A stretch of DNA of 64,000 bases from contig NC_090404.1 of NCBI RefSeq assembly GCF_036365525.1, forward strand, positions 4,340,001-4,404,000, in the 5' to 3' direction. The position numbers and the translations under genes were made by a program. Below the pieces are notes generated by a model. The model was not told the origin of the DNA. It did not search any database and saw only the letters and a list, made by a program, of their open reading frames with translations. The DNA is from Heterodontus francisci (Eukaryota). Below, one piece after another: positions 1 through 13,729 of this stretch (the first letter of the stretch is position 1; each line of letters begins with the position of its first letter).

Positions 1-1329
1 CTCGGCTGCCTCAGATGTTGCGGCGCGAGGCCATATCTCTATTCATTCCACTAAACGATGTCACATTCTATAATGTTGTAGTTTGTGCCTCAGTTATTAG
101 TGAAGTAACCAGAAAAAATATTGGAAGATGTCGGAGAGGAAATGGTGACGGTAAAACGTTAAAATGAATTTTATGGAAGCAGAAATGGTGCGAAATTCAC
201 AGAAAGCAGCAAGTGTTTCATTCCTTTACAAACAATGGAAATAATAAATCAGTCATTTATAGATTTATTAGCTTCACATCATGTACAGGTAGTTTCATTT
301 TTACCATCACTTACACAAATCATCACACACGCGAGGTGTTTTACCATCAGCTTCTGTGTGATGGTGAGGTGATCACTTAACAATAAAGCACAGAGACTGG
401 AGAGTCGCTGCTCATTACCCCTCGGTCTGCAATCACATCTTGAATTAAATAAATGCTTTAAAAATTGGTGAAGATAATTACTTATATTTATGGAGTTGTA
501 AATAATATGGTGTGCTTTGCACAGATACAAATGGGGTGACTTTGGTGAGAGAGTGAAACCAGGGGCTAAATGGGGACTGTGCTGATGAAAAGACCCTGTT
601 TGAATGACTGCATTTAGCACCCAATTTCCATCTAATTGCTGATTGCCATAAAATTGAACTTGTCTGGAAATGTTAAACCAGAGACCAGCAGGTTCAACAC
701 TCAGGTGCTGAGTAACCACAATATTCTTGAATCAATATATGTGGGCTCCATGCACGCACTTCTACTATAAGTGTGAGGTTGGCGGCCTGACACACGGTAA
801 CAAGTTTCAGGATGGCTCAGGAACCAACTGAGTGGCTGCACAGATTCTCAGAAAGCCTTGTCGGTCCTGGTGGAGGAGATCCAGGAGAGGAGGGATGTCC
901 TGTACCCGCAATGTACCCTTCTGTCTCACTATCCTGCAGCAGCTGGTGCTACTCTGCCTGGCCTCATGTCCTCCTCCCATTCGTACACCAGGATGCCGAT
1001 GACCTCGCTGTGAAGGCCATTCCTTGAGAGGCAGGTTCTGCCACAAGTGGCGGAACCCCTTCAACCAAGATCAACAAATTAAACTAACAAACGTTCAGCC
1101 ATTTTGCTCTATTACAAATTTCTCTGTGCAGAAATCGGCAACATTCATCTGGAATTAGTTGCACTTCAAATTTTGGGACCTCCTAGAGAAGGTGATGGGC
1201 TGGGACTTCAACGCAAGTTGTTTCTTGGTGTATTAATATCAGAAGCAGTAACTGACATCGACATTTTCACAAGAGGAGCAATGGCCAAACACAACCACAA
1301 GGTGTCAGTGAAAGCCCGATTGTTTACAT

Positions 1330-2830
1330 TACTTGAAACAGGTGCTGCCTTCATTATTACTGCTCCAGATCCTGTTTCTGTTTATATTACACTAGATGCT
1401 GTCTCTGTTTATATTAAGCTAGAACTTGCTTTTGTCTATATTATACTAGATGTTGTCTCTGTTTATATTATACCAGGTCATTTTCCGATTCGTATTCCAA
1501 CAAATATTGTCTCTGAACATATAAAAACAGTCCATTGCTCAGCTATTCCGACATTGGCCCAATCTCAGGTGTTAATACTCTGGACCATGTTTCTGTTTGC
1601 ACCACACAATACCCTGTCTAGGTCATTCCTGTACGAGATCACATTTCTGTTTCCATCACACAAAGCCCTGTCTCGGTTATTACTGTAATGAACCATCTCT
1701 CTGTTACTACTACACGGAATTCTGTCTCACCTGGTGCTGAACTTGTCCATGTCTCAGATCATTGAAATCGAGGTTCTGTATCAATAATTACTGCACTGGA
1801 CCTTGTCTCGGTTTTTCTTCTAATGGACCCTGTCTCACGTATGACTACATTCTATCATGTCCCTGTTCTCATTACACAAGACACTGTCCCAATTATTATT
1901 GCACTCGACAGATTTCAGATTACACTTGATCATGTATCTGTTTAAATTACACCAGAACATGACTGTTAATACTAAACGAGACACAATCTCAGTTTTTACT
2001 GAGCTGGACCCAATGTTGGTTCATATTACCGTAGATCTTGTATCAATAATTGGTGCACTGGAGCCTGTCTCAGTATTCCTGCACCAGGCCCTGTACCTGT
2101 TTATATTACCACAGTGCCTGTCTCTGATCCTATTGCACCAGTCCCTCTCTCAGTTATTACTGCTCTAGACCCTATCCCAGCTGCTACTACACAGGACTAT
2201 GTCTCTGTTTATATTAAGTTCGGCAAAGTCTCTGTTATTGCTGCACCAAACCCTGTGTCTGTTTATAGTACACTAAACCCAGTCTCAATTAGTGCCGGAC
2301 CATTCAATGTCTCCGTTCATATTACACTGGAACATGTCCCTGTTTATACTCCACTTGAACATGTCCCTATTCGTATTAAAATAAGCCTTGTCCTTTCATT
2401 ACTAATGTGTTTACATTGCAGTTGGAACACTCTCTGTTTATATTACACAGGACCCTGTCTCTTTTTATATGACACTTGACCCTGTCTCTTTTTATATTCC
2501 ATTTGACCCTTTCTCTGTTTATATTACACTAGAACATGACTCAGTTACGACTGGACTTCGTTGCATCTCTGTTTATATTACATTCGACCCTATCTCTGTT
2601 CTTACTGCACCAGGCCTTGGCCATGTTTACATTACACTCGACCTTATCTCTGGTCTTTCTGCACCAAGCCCTGTCACTGTTTATATTACTCTCGACCCTG
2701 TTTCTGATTGTATTACACTCTGCCGTGCCTCTGTTATTATTAAACTAGGCCCTGTCTCTGTTTATATTACTTTGGACGCTGACTCTGTTTATATTACAGT
2801 TGACCCTGTCTCTGTTTATATTTCACGAGA
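1330..2830 (+). repeat. Degenerate 27-bp tandem minisatellite (about CTGGACCCTGTCTCTGTTTATATTACA)
   Basis: Recurrent ctgtctctgtttatattacact. Translated ORFs show a 9-aa period (ITLDPVSVY). The array resumes at about 5305-5490 after a LINE insertion, with reverse-strand copies at about 6340-6560 and 16460-16780. Confidence 0.88.
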
Positions 2831-2834
2831 CCCA

Positions 2835-5302
2835 TTTCGGCAAAAGTGACCATAACGCTGGAAGGTTTAAGGTAGTTATGGAAAAGGACAAAGATAGACC
2901 AGAAATAAAGGTACTGAATTGGGGGAAGGACGATTTCAATACGATAAAACAGGATCTGGCCGTAGTGGACTGGGAGCCGCTACTTGGAGGAAAGTCTACA
3001 CCAGACCAGTGGGAGTCATTCAAGGAGGAAACAGTGAGAGTTCAAAGACAACATGTACCCGTTAAGGTGAAGGGAACCCTGGATGTCAAGGGAGAGAGGA
3101 TTGGATCAGGAAAAATGGAAGCTTTTGGCAGATTCACAGCGCTGAAAGCAGTGGAGGTACTAGATGAGTATCGAAAGTGTAGCGGGGGGGGGGGGGTACT
3201 TAAAAAAGTAATTAGGAGAGAGAAGAGTAGATAAGAAAAAACACTGGCAGGCTAGATAAAGGAAAATTCTAAAGCTTTTTCTAAGTATATTAAGGGTAAG
3301 AGGATAACCAGGGAAAGAGTAGGACCCATTAGGGACCAAAGGTGCAATCTCTTTGTGGAGCCGGAGGGCATTGGTGAGGTTTTAAATTATTACTTTTAAT
3401 CTGAGTTCACCATAGAGAAGGTCAATGTTGGTGTAGAGATCAGGGAAGAGGATCGTGATATACTTGAACATATTAGCATTGAAAGGGAGGAAGTATTAGC
3501 GGTTCTGGTGGACTTAAAAGTGGATGAATCCCCAGGCCCAGATGAGATGTATCCCAGGCGGTTATGTGAGGCAAGGGAAGAGATAGCATGGACTCTGACA
3601 CAAATTTTCAAATCTGCTCTGGCCACAGGAGAGGTACCAGAGGATCGGAGGACAGCGAATGTGGTACCATTATTCAAGAAGGGTAGTAGGGATAGACCAG
3701 GGAATTACAGGCCGGTGAGTCTAACATTAGTGGGAGGGAAACTATTGGAAAAATCTCTGAGGGATAGGATTAATTTCCACTTGGAGAGGCAGGGGTTAAT
3801 CAGGGAGAGGGAGCATGGCTTTGTCAGGGGGAGATCGTGTCTAACTAACTAGATTGAATGTTACAAGGCGGTGACTCAATGTATAGATGAGGATAAAGCA
3901 GTTGATATTCTACATGGACTTCAGTCAGGTTTTTGATAATGTCCCACACGGGAGATTGTTTAAAAAGATAAGATCTCATGGGATCCGGTGCAATTTGGCA
4001 AATTGGATCCAAAATTGGCTCAGGAGCAGGAGGCAGAGGGTGATGGTTGAGGGTTGTTTTTGCAAGTGGAAGCCTTTGACCAGTGGTGTACCGCAGAGAT
4101 TGGTGCTGGGACCCATACTGTTTGTAGTGTACATTAATGATTTAGGCGTGAATATAGGAGGTGTGATCAGTAAGTTCTCAGATGACATGAAAATTGGTGG
4201 TGTCGTAAATAGTGAGGAGGATGGCCTTACATTACAGGACGATATCGATGGGCTGGGAAGATGGGCGCAACAGTGGCAAATAGAATTTAATCCTGAGAAC
4301 TGTGAGGTGATACATTTTTGGAGTACTAATCAGGCAAGGGAATATATCGTGGATGGTAGGACCCTATGAAGTACAGAAGGTCAGAGGGACCTTGGTGTAC
4401 TTGTCCATAGATCACTGAAAGCAGCAGCACAGGTTGATAAGATGGTTAGCAGGGCATATGAAAATTATTAGAGGCATTTATGGGATAGATAGGAAGAAAC
4501 ATTTTCCCTCATGCAGATAGGTCAATAACGAGGGGACATAGATTTAAGATAAGGGGCAGGAGTTTTAGAGGGGAGTGGAGGAAAGAAAATTCACCCAGAG
4601 GTTGAATGGAATCTGGAACACACTGCCTGAAGAGGTTGTAGAGGCAGGAACACACACGACATTTAAGAAGTATTTAGATGAGCACTTGAAATGCCATAGT
4701 ATACAAGACTATGGGTCAAGTGCGGGCAAGTGGGATTAGTTTTGGACAGGTGCTTGATGGTCAGCGCAGGGGCGCTGGGACGAAGGGCATGCTTCTGTGC
4801 TGTAAAACTCTATGACTCTATAGGATTCTTGCATTTATGAGCCGAGGCATTGAATATAAGAGCAGGGAGGTTATGATGGAGCTGTATAAAACGCTAGTTA
4901 GGCCACAGCTGGAGTACTGTGAACAGTTCTGGGCACCACACTATAGGAAGGATGTGATTGCACTGGAGAGGGTGCAGAGGAGATTCAGCAGGATGTTGCC
5001 TGGGCTGGAGCATTTCAGCTCTGCAGAGAGACTGAAAAGGCTAGGGTTGTTTTACTTAGAGCAGAGAAGGCTGAGGGGGAACATGATTGAGGTATACAAA
5101 ATTGTGAGGGGCAGTGATAGGTTAGATAGGAAGAAAATGTTTCGCTCAGCGGAGGCGTCAATAACAAGGGAGCATAGATTTAAGGTAAGGGGCAGGAGGT
5201 TTAGAGGGGTTTTCAGGAATTTGTTTTTCACTCTGAGGATGGTTGGAATCTGGAATGCACTGCATGAAGAGGTGGTGGAGGCAGGAACCTTCACAACATT
5301 TA
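2835..5302 (+). mobile_element. CR1-clade LINE, 5'-truncated decayed ORF2, with a second CR1 3' end nested at about 4461-4822
   Basis: SPGPD, PGNYRPVSLT, HGFVRGRSCLTN, SGVPQ.LVLGP, SKFSDD, LYKTLVRPQLEYC. The nested piece ends in a ctatgactctat tail. Confidence 0.92.
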
Positions 5303-7227
5303 CACGATATTACACTAGACCATGTTTCAGTTATGACTGGACTTCGTTGCATCTCGGTTTATCTTACACTAACCCGATCTCTGTTCTTACTGCACCAGTC
5401 CATGTCTCTGTTTATATTACACTGGACCCTCTCTCGGTTTATATTACACTGGGCCATGTTGGTTTTTCACTGCACTAGGCCATGTTTTCAGCAGATGAAG
5501 AGATATTATTATAAATAAAGATGTTAGACTGGAAATTGGTATCAGGTTACGGCCGAATGGACGCTTTTGGCTCGGCCGCCCTTTCTACCCAGGGCCTGCT
5601 GCTCAATTTCATTGCAGTCAACGGAGTTGCTGTCTCTCCCGGGCGGTCAATCCGATCGTGACTCTTTCTGTGCCACTGCCTCAAACCAATCTCCATCTTA
5701 TGTGTTTGTGTGTTGGGCGGGTGCAATCATTTTCTGCATGGAAGAATACCTTTAATCTTGTTAATACCTATCAGTAGCTTATGTGAAATTTCTAATTGCT
5801 CTGGTATTATGTGGGTAATATTTGTGTTGAAAGGATGGGCTGAATCCTGCAACAAGCTCCCAGAGACGGACTGGGTGGGATTGAAGGACAGGACTAAAGG
5901 TCAGTAATAGTGCACTGCACTTTACAACACTTGGTAACAAACTCTGTTGTGTTAAAGTGTACTAATTCACACTTGTGTTGTACTGTGACAATTCCTCACT
6001 TTTTAATGTTCAGGATATTTTTGTCGCTGCGGGATTTTCAATTTCGACTTCACCTGACCTCGTGATTGTGTCAGAAACAGCCTGGAACAGTGACCCCGCA
6101 GCCCCAACCGACAGGCTGCCGCCGGGTCCTAATGTCCACCAAGTTCAATCATCTGATCAACAGGGACAACTGAAATGAAAACACACAATGTTATATATAG
6201 GCGAGTGTGTGTGTGTGTGTGTGTGCCAAATAAATCATACTTAATGATTGCATGGTGGTTCCACAGAGTTATATAACCTATTTCACTAGATTGTTTCTGC
6301 ATTTCATTTCCTTTTATTCAAACTGTAATTGCAGATTGTTTAATACCGTGTGATATAAACAGAGATATGGCCCCGTGCAATGATAACAGAGAGACAGGAC
6401 ATCAAGAACCATGTCTTGATGTAATCGTAATTGAAACAATACTTCGTACAATAATAACAGCAAATACTTTGCCTAACACCTCATAACAGAGTCAATGTCC
6501 ACTGCAGTTTGAATGGGATGGGCTTAGTGTAATAACGCAGGCACTGTCTGGTGTAATGGGAGCTGGGAAAAGATCATGTCAGCATTGACACTCTCAGCCT
6601 CAGTCAGAAGGTGTGGGATCAAGCCCCACTCCAGACACTCGACTGCATAATCTAGGCCGATGCTCCCGTTGCCAATATAAATGCAAGTCGTTCTGTTCTT
6701 TTGCCCACTATTTTGTTAGACTCAGAAGGAGTGAGGGGAATGGCAGATGGAGCAATTCTAGGCAATTTCTCCATCCAGCGAGGCAGGGGTTCTGGTGACA
6801 TAATTGCAAGTTTGACGTGACTGCCCACTCCTAAAAGACCTCTTCCCCCTCTCCCACTAATAATCACAGAGGCCGGCTCAAGGGTATCAATAACAGAGGC
6901 TGCTTTTACTGCAGGAACTCTTATCTTGAGAGAGGCAGGGGGTCTAATAAACACCCGATTGCAATAGGAAGACAAAGAGCAGGTAAGCACTGACGTCTTG
7001 GGCCGAGTACAGGCTTCTGTGTTCTGGTGAGTGAAACAGGGAGTAGTGTGAAAAAATAGGAATGGAAACATCATGACAGGCACATGTGGCTGACTCCACC
7101 TGACTAAGCTGATGCACAAAAGGGGGTGACCATGAGGACAGGGCGTACTCCAGAGATTTCTGATATCTGAGGTGACAATGGTGCATGTCTCAGAGGAACT
7201 GAAAAGAAACTGTTTCTTCTCATCTGT

Positions 7228-7692
7228 CAGCTGTGCCTCAGTTTTTACAACGCTCACCTTTGAGTCATTAGCTTCCAGGTTCAAGACCCAATCCGGGGCT
7301 TGAGAGCAAAAATCAAGGCTGATACAGTAGTGCAGTATTGAGGGAGCACAGCACTGCCAGAGGTGCCGTCTTTCAGATGAGATGTCAAACCGAGGCCCAA
7401 ATCTACTTGCTCGGGTGGATGTAAAAGCTCTCTGGTACTATTTGGAAGAAGAACAAAGGAGTTATCCCCAGTGTCCTGGTAAAGGTTTATCCCTCAATCA
7501 ACATCACAAAAACAGATTATCTTGTCTTTATCGCATTGCTGCTTGTGAGAGTTTGCTGTTTGTAAACTGGCTGATATGTTTCCTGCATTACAACAGTGAC
7601 AACACTTCAAAAGTACTTCATGGATTCTAAAGCATTTTGAGATGTCCGGTGGTTGTGAAAAGCGTGATATAAATGCAAATCTTTCCTTTCCT
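7228..7692 (+). mobile_element. tRNA-headed Deu-domain SINE (SacSINE1-like) with L2-type tail; internally deleted copy at about 6585-6697
   Basis: B-box-like ggttcaagacc, core gaggtgccgtctttcagatgagatgtcaaaccgagg, and 3' tataaatgcaaatctttc. Family assignment is from memory. Confidence 0.7.
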
Positions 7693-8795
7693 TTTTGCAG
7701 TCGCTGTGTTGCACAGGAACATCGGGGCCAGTTCGTAGAAACCAATGTTTTAAATCTTTTGCTGAAGCCAATTAAATTCAAAGTTCAAACCTCACCAGAG
7801 GAAAGTTCAGAGTTGTGCAAAAATGAGTGAGCTGTCCAATTAATCCCATTGTTCATATCGCTGCCAATTTGCACCCCCCACCCCCACTCCACCACAACCA
7901 TCAATATGGCAACAAAACCAAAAGGGGAGATGAGAAGAATTTTGTTTTAATACAGAGATTTTCTGTGATCTGGAATGCACACCGTGAAAGGGTGCTTGAA
8001 GCAGTTTGAACAGTAACTTTCAAAGGGAACTGGATAAATACCTGAGGGGAGGGGGGAGATTGTTGCAGGATTCACCCCATCCTTTCAACACAAATATTAC
8101 CCACATAATACCAGAGCAATTAGAAATTTCAAACAGCTACTGATAGCTATTAACAAGGTTAAAGATATTCTTCCATACAGAAAATGATTACACCCGCCCT
8201 ATTTTGAACACTTCTATTAAATAGTAACACACGCAGGTGGAGAGAGAAAAACAGACACTTTTAAAATGGCAGAAACACGAGGTGGTGAGAGATAAAAGCT
8301 GAGAAATAGAGAAAACAAGGAACACACAGAGAGAATGGCATAAAATTAAAGGGAGCAAACTGCCAGCTGCCGGTTTCAGAGAGCAGAGGGAGCTCAGTGA
8401 CTGATCCACAGACATGGTCAGTTATGTCCGGAAATGGAGACTCGAAACAGAAACAACAGGTTCATTTGTAAATGTCACCACAATGTGATCTGTGTGACTC
8501 TGCACCGACTCTGTGGATAGATATAGGCCGCCTTGGCAGATGTTTCCACCAGATTGTGGCCCCTGGATTTATTTTCTGCTCAGAAGTGAGATGTGTGGTT
8601 TGGAACCGGCAGAAGAGAAACAGGAAGTTGTGTTGCCTGAGAATGAAATAGCAGGTGTCAATTTCAGGTTGTCACCATGAACAGTCTTCCTGCCTGTGAG
8701 GGTGGATTCAATCTGACAGCACCAAGAACAAGCTCACAAATTGCTTCTGGTCTCAACATCGCATTCACCTCCATTCACATTTAATTCACATTTGA

Positions 8796-9310
8796 TTCAG
8801 TGAGTTCAGTCTGCGAGAGAGGAGAGAGGTTCATTGAGTTCAGTCTGAGAGAGGAGAGAGGTTCAGTGAGTTTAGTCTGAGGGAGAGGAGAGAGGTTCAG
8901 TGAGTTCAGTCTGAGAGAGAGGAGAGAGGTTCAGTGAGTTCATTCTGAGAGAGAGGCGAGTGATTCCGTGCGTTCAGTCTGAGAGGAGAGAAATTCAATG
9001 AGTTCAGTCTGAGACAGAGTAGAGAGTTTCAGTGAGTTCAGTCTGAGAGAGAGGAGATTGATTCAGTGAGTTCAGTCTGAGAGAGAGGAGAGAGGTTCAG
9101 TGAGTTCAGTCTGAGAGAGAGGGGATAGGTCCAGTGAGTTCAGTCTGAGCGAGAGAAGAGAGATTCAGTGAGTTCAGTCTTAAAGAGAGGAGAGAGGTTC
9201 AGTGAGTTCAGTCTGAGAGAGAGAAGAGAGATTCGGTGAGTTCAGTCTGAGAGAGGAGAGACCTTCAGTGACTTCATTGCATCTGAGAGAGAGGTTCAAT
9301 GAGTTCAGTG
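8796..9310 (+). repeat. 32-34 bp minisatellite (TTCAGTGAGTTCAGTCTGAGAGAGAGGAGAGAGG), about 15 copies
   Basis: Directly visible tandem units. Confidence 0.95.
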
Positions 9311-9548
9311 ACAGACGTGTTCGCCTGGGCAATGGAAGAGTCTGTGTGAGATCACTTTCTCAACAAGACCACACAACAGAATGTGTTGTGAATAGGTGTT
9401 ATCGTTATTGAATGATACGTAATACTATTACATTTTGAATAAATTGAAATTGAATAAAATGTTGTACAACGCTTCATGCACATAATCACTTATGTTAGTG
9501 CAATGCATTGCATGCATTAAGAAGTATGTGTTCTGGGCACGCCGTATC

Positions 9549-9555
9549 CACACAC

Positions 9556-9626
<71 letters not shown>

Positions 9627-9700
9627 GCCTCAAACACGGTCACCCACAAACCACACACCCACACCCACAGAGCATACCACACACATGCACATACGCACAA
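9549..9700. repeat. (CA)n microsatellite with degenerate flank
   Basis: Pure CA run at about 9557-9623. Confidence 0.97.
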
Positions 9701-9937
9701 ACAGAAACATTTTTTTTGGCTGGTTTCAGTTGCACCACTGAACTAGTTGATGAAAATCTAATCAGTTGGACATTAGGACCCTATGGCAGCCCATCTGGTG
9801 GTGCTGGGAGGACACGGCTCCAGACTCTGTCCAACACAATCTGTGGGTCAGGCGAAAGTTAAACAGAAATTCTTGCAGAAAAAAAAATCCTTAACATGAA
9901 AAAAAAACTATCAGCAATGGAGACAGTACAACACAAA

Positions 9938-12900
9938 TATCATAGAGTTATGCAGGACACAAACAGGCCCTTCGGCCCATTGTGTCTTTCCCGTTCATCA
10001 AGCACCTAACTATTCTAATCCCATTTTCCAGCCATTGGCTCAGAGCTTTGTATAATATGGCGTTTCAGGTGCTCATCTATATACTTCTTGTTGTGAGGGT
10101 TCCTGCCTCTACCACCTCTTCAGGCAGTGCATTCTCGATTCCAACCACTCTCTGGGTGAAAATGTTTTCCTCAAATCCACTCTAAACCTCCTGCACCTTA
10201 CCTTAAATCTATGCCCCCTGGTTATTGACCGCTCGGCTAAGGGAAAATGTTTCTTCCTATCTAACCTATCAATACCCCTCATAATTTTGTCTCCCTCAAT
10301 CATATCTCCCCTCACCCTTCTCTGCTCCAAGGAAAACAACCGTCGCCTTTTCAGTCTCTCTGCATAGCTGAAATGCTCCAGCCCAAGCAGCATCCTGGTG
10401 AATCTTCTCAGCACCCTCTCCAGTGCAATCACATCCTTCCTATAGTGTGGTGCCCAGAACTGTGCACAGTACTCTAGCTGTGGCCTAACTGGCACTTTAT
10501 ACAGCTGCATCATAACCTCCCTGCTCTGAAATTCTATGCCTTGGCTCATGAAGGCAAGTATCCCATATGCTTTCCTAACCACCTTATCTACCTGTGCTGC
10601 TGCCTTAAGTGATCTATGGACAAGTATACCAAGGTCCCTCTGACCCTCTGTATTTCCTAGGGTCCTACCATCCGTTGTATATTCCCCTGCCTTGTTAGTC
10701 CTCTCAAAATGCATCACATCACACTTCTCAGGATTAAATTCCATTTGCCAAAGCTCCACCCATCTTACCAGCCCATCAACATCGGCCTGTAATCTGAGGC
10801 TTTCCTCCTCAGTATTTATGACACCACCAATTTTCGTGTCATCTGCGAACCTACTTACCATACCTCCTATGTTCACGTCTAAATCAATAATGTACACTAA
10901 AAACAGCAAGGGTCGCAGCAACAATCCCTGTGGTACACTACTGGTCACAGGCTTCCACTCAGAAAAACAACCCTCGACCATGACACTCTGCCTCCTGCCA
11001 CTGAGCCCATTTTGGATCCAATTTGCCAAATTGCTTCTTGACCAATCTCCCATGTGGGACCTTATCAAAAGCCTTACTGAAGTCCATAAATACTACATCA
11101 ACTGCTTCATTCTCATCTACAAAATGTCATCACCGCCTCAAAAAATTCAATCAAGCTAGTCAGACACGATCTCCCACTGAGAAAGCAATGCTGACTATCC
11201 CTGATTAATCCCTGCCTCTCCTATTGGAGATTAATCCTGTCCCTCAGAGATTTTTCCAATAGTTTCCCAACCAATGATATTAGACTCACTGGCCTGTAAT
11301 TACCTGGTTTATCCCTGCTACCCTTCTTAAATAATGGTACCACATTCGCGGTCCTCCAATTCTCTGGTACTTCTCCTGTGGCCAGAGAGGATTTGAAACT
11401 TTGAGTCAGAGCCCCTGCTACCTCCTCCCTTGCCTCACATAACAGCCTGTGTTACATCTCATCTGGGCGTGGGGACTTGTACAGTTTTAAGCCCGATATA
11501 ACTGCTAATTCTTCTTCCCTTTCAATGCTAATATGTTCAAGTATATCACAATCCCCCTCCCTGATCTCTACACCTACATCGTCCTTCTCCATAGTGAACA
11601 CAGATGAAAAGTAATCATTTAAAACCTCACCTATGTTCTCCGGCTCCACACACAGAATGCCACTTTGGTCCCTAATGGGTCCTACTCTTTCCCTGGTTAT
11701 CCTCTTGCCTTTAATATACTTGCAAAACGCCTTAGGATTTTCCTTTATCTTGCCTGCCAGTGTTTTTTCATGTCCCATCTTCGCTCTCCTAATTACTAAT
11801 TTAAGTGCCCCCCTACAATTTCTATACTCCTCTAGTGCCTCCACTGTTTTCCGCACACTGAATATGCCATAAGTTTCCGTTTTTTTACTGATCCAATCCT
11901 CTATATCCCTTAACATCCAGGGTTCCCTGAACTTGTTGGTTCTACCCTTCACCTTACTGGGTACATGTTGGCTCTGAACTCTCACTATTTCCTCTTTGAA
12001 TGACTCCCACTGATCTGATGTCGACTTTCCTACAAGTAGCTGCTCTCAGTCCACTTTGGCCAGATCATGTTTTATCATCCGAAAATCGGTCTTCTCCCAA
12101 TTCAGTACCTTTATTTTCCGTCCATCTTTGTCCTTTTCCATAACTACCTTAAATCTTGCAGAGTTATGGACACTAACCCCGAAATGTTCCCCCACTGACA
12201 CTTCTCCCACTTGTCCGGCTTCATTCCCCAGGATTAGGTCCAGTACTGTCCCTTCTCTTGTTTGGACTATCTACGTACTGGCTCAAAAAGCTCTCCTGTA
12301 TGCATTTTAAGAATTCTGCCCCCTTTAAGCTATTTGCACTGAGTCGATCCCAGTTGAAATTCCCTGCTATTATTACCCTATTATTTTTACATCTCTCTGA
12401 GATTTGCCTACATATCTGCTCCTCTATCTCTCCCTAACTATTTGGAGGCCTGTAGTACACTCCCAGCCAAGTGATTGCCCGATTTGTGTTTTTAAGTTCT
12501 ACCCATTTGAGGAACCTTCTAAGATATCATCCCTCCTCATTGCAATAATTGACTTCTTGATCAACAATGCAAGGCCAACTCCTCTTTTACACCCTCCCCT
12601 ATCATGCCTGAAGATTCTATTCCCTGGGATACTGAGCTGCCAGCACTGCCCTTCCCTCAACAATGACCCTGCGACAGTAATAATACCATATTCCCATGTG
12701 TTAATCAACACCCTCAATTCATCTGCCTTACTTGTAAGTCTCCTTGCATTAAAATAGATGCAATCCAGCCTTGCATTTTGCACTTGTGCCTGAACAGGTC
12801 TATATTTGCTCTGCCTTCCAGATTGACTCAGTTTATGTCGACGACTGTGCATCACCCTCTACTATACCTGCACTCAGTATCCCATCCCCCTGCCAAGTTA

Positions 12901-13285
12901 GTTTAAACCACACACCCCCACACCCAGCAACAGCACTAACAAACCTCCCAGCAAGGATGTTGGCCCGTTCAGGTTCAGGTGCAACCCGTCCAACTTGTTC
13001 AGGTCCCAAATTTGCTGGAAACAGACCCAGTGATCAAGGAAACTAAAGCCTTCCCTCCTGCACCACCTCCTCAGCCACGCATTCATCTGCTCTGTCCTTC
13101 TAATCCTATAGTCACTAGCACGTGGCACCGAGAGTAATCCAGGGATTACAACCTTTGAGATCCTGCTTGTTAATCTTCTTCCTAGCTCACTAAATTCTTG
13201 TTACAGAACCTCATCCCTCTTTTCACCTGTGTCGTTGGTGCCAAAGTGTACTACGACTTCTGACTGTTCCCCTCCCCTTTCAGAA
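9938..13285 (-). mobile_element. CR1-clade LINE, long decayed copy (ORF1 esterase end, APE endonuclease, RT, 3' tail)
   Basis: WLRRWCRREGFSFLDHW..DGLHLN (SGNH-type ORF1), CIYFNARRL (APE), GGVALLIK-like motif, VPQGLLL, RFADDTK, RPQLEYCAQFW. Confidence 0.93.
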
Positions 13286-13589
13286 TATGTATTAGTAAAC
13301 TTTGACACAACAGAGTGTGTCACTAAGTAATGTAAAGCGCAGTGCACTATTGCTCACCTTTAGTCCTGTCCCTCAATTCCAGTTCATCTCTGGGAGACTG
13401 TTGCAGGATTCAACCCATCCTTTCAACACCAATATTACCCACATAATAAAGAGCAATTAGAAATTGAACACAGCTGCTGATAATTATTCACAAAACTAAA
13501 CGTATATTTCGTACGAAAAATGAATAATTCCTCACACACAAATGTTTATCTTTATATGTATTAATATGTATGACTGTCACTGTCGTCCC

Positions 13590-13682
13590 ATCTAGCTATA
13601 TGTCTGTCTATCTCCCAATCTATCTGTCTGTCTGTCGCGCTGTGTGGCTAGCTCGCTATCAAGCTATTTGTGTGGCTATTTG

Positions 13683-13713
<31 letters not shown>

Positions 13714-13728
13714 GTCTATCTATCTATC
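13590..13728. repeat. (TATC)n/(TGTC)n microsatellite
   Basis: Visible tctatctatc run; a related run lies at 16378-16425. Confidence 0.9.
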
Positions 13729-13729
13729 A

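Noticed and set aside
6652-7284. 210-aa minus-strand ORF
   Set aside because: No recognisable domain. It begins and ends within SINE sequence and is probably a chance frame.
8796-9310. CRISPR-like or switch-like array
   Set aside because: Head-to-tail minisatellite with no unique spacers, in a vertebrate genome and far from Cmu.
9428-9862. His/Thr- or Cys/Val-rich ORFs
   Set aside because: Translations of the (CA)n microsatellite.
10109-11068. 319-aa ORF as a host gene
   Set aside because: It is the RT C-terminal part of a CR1 LINE whose upstream ORF2 is disrupted.
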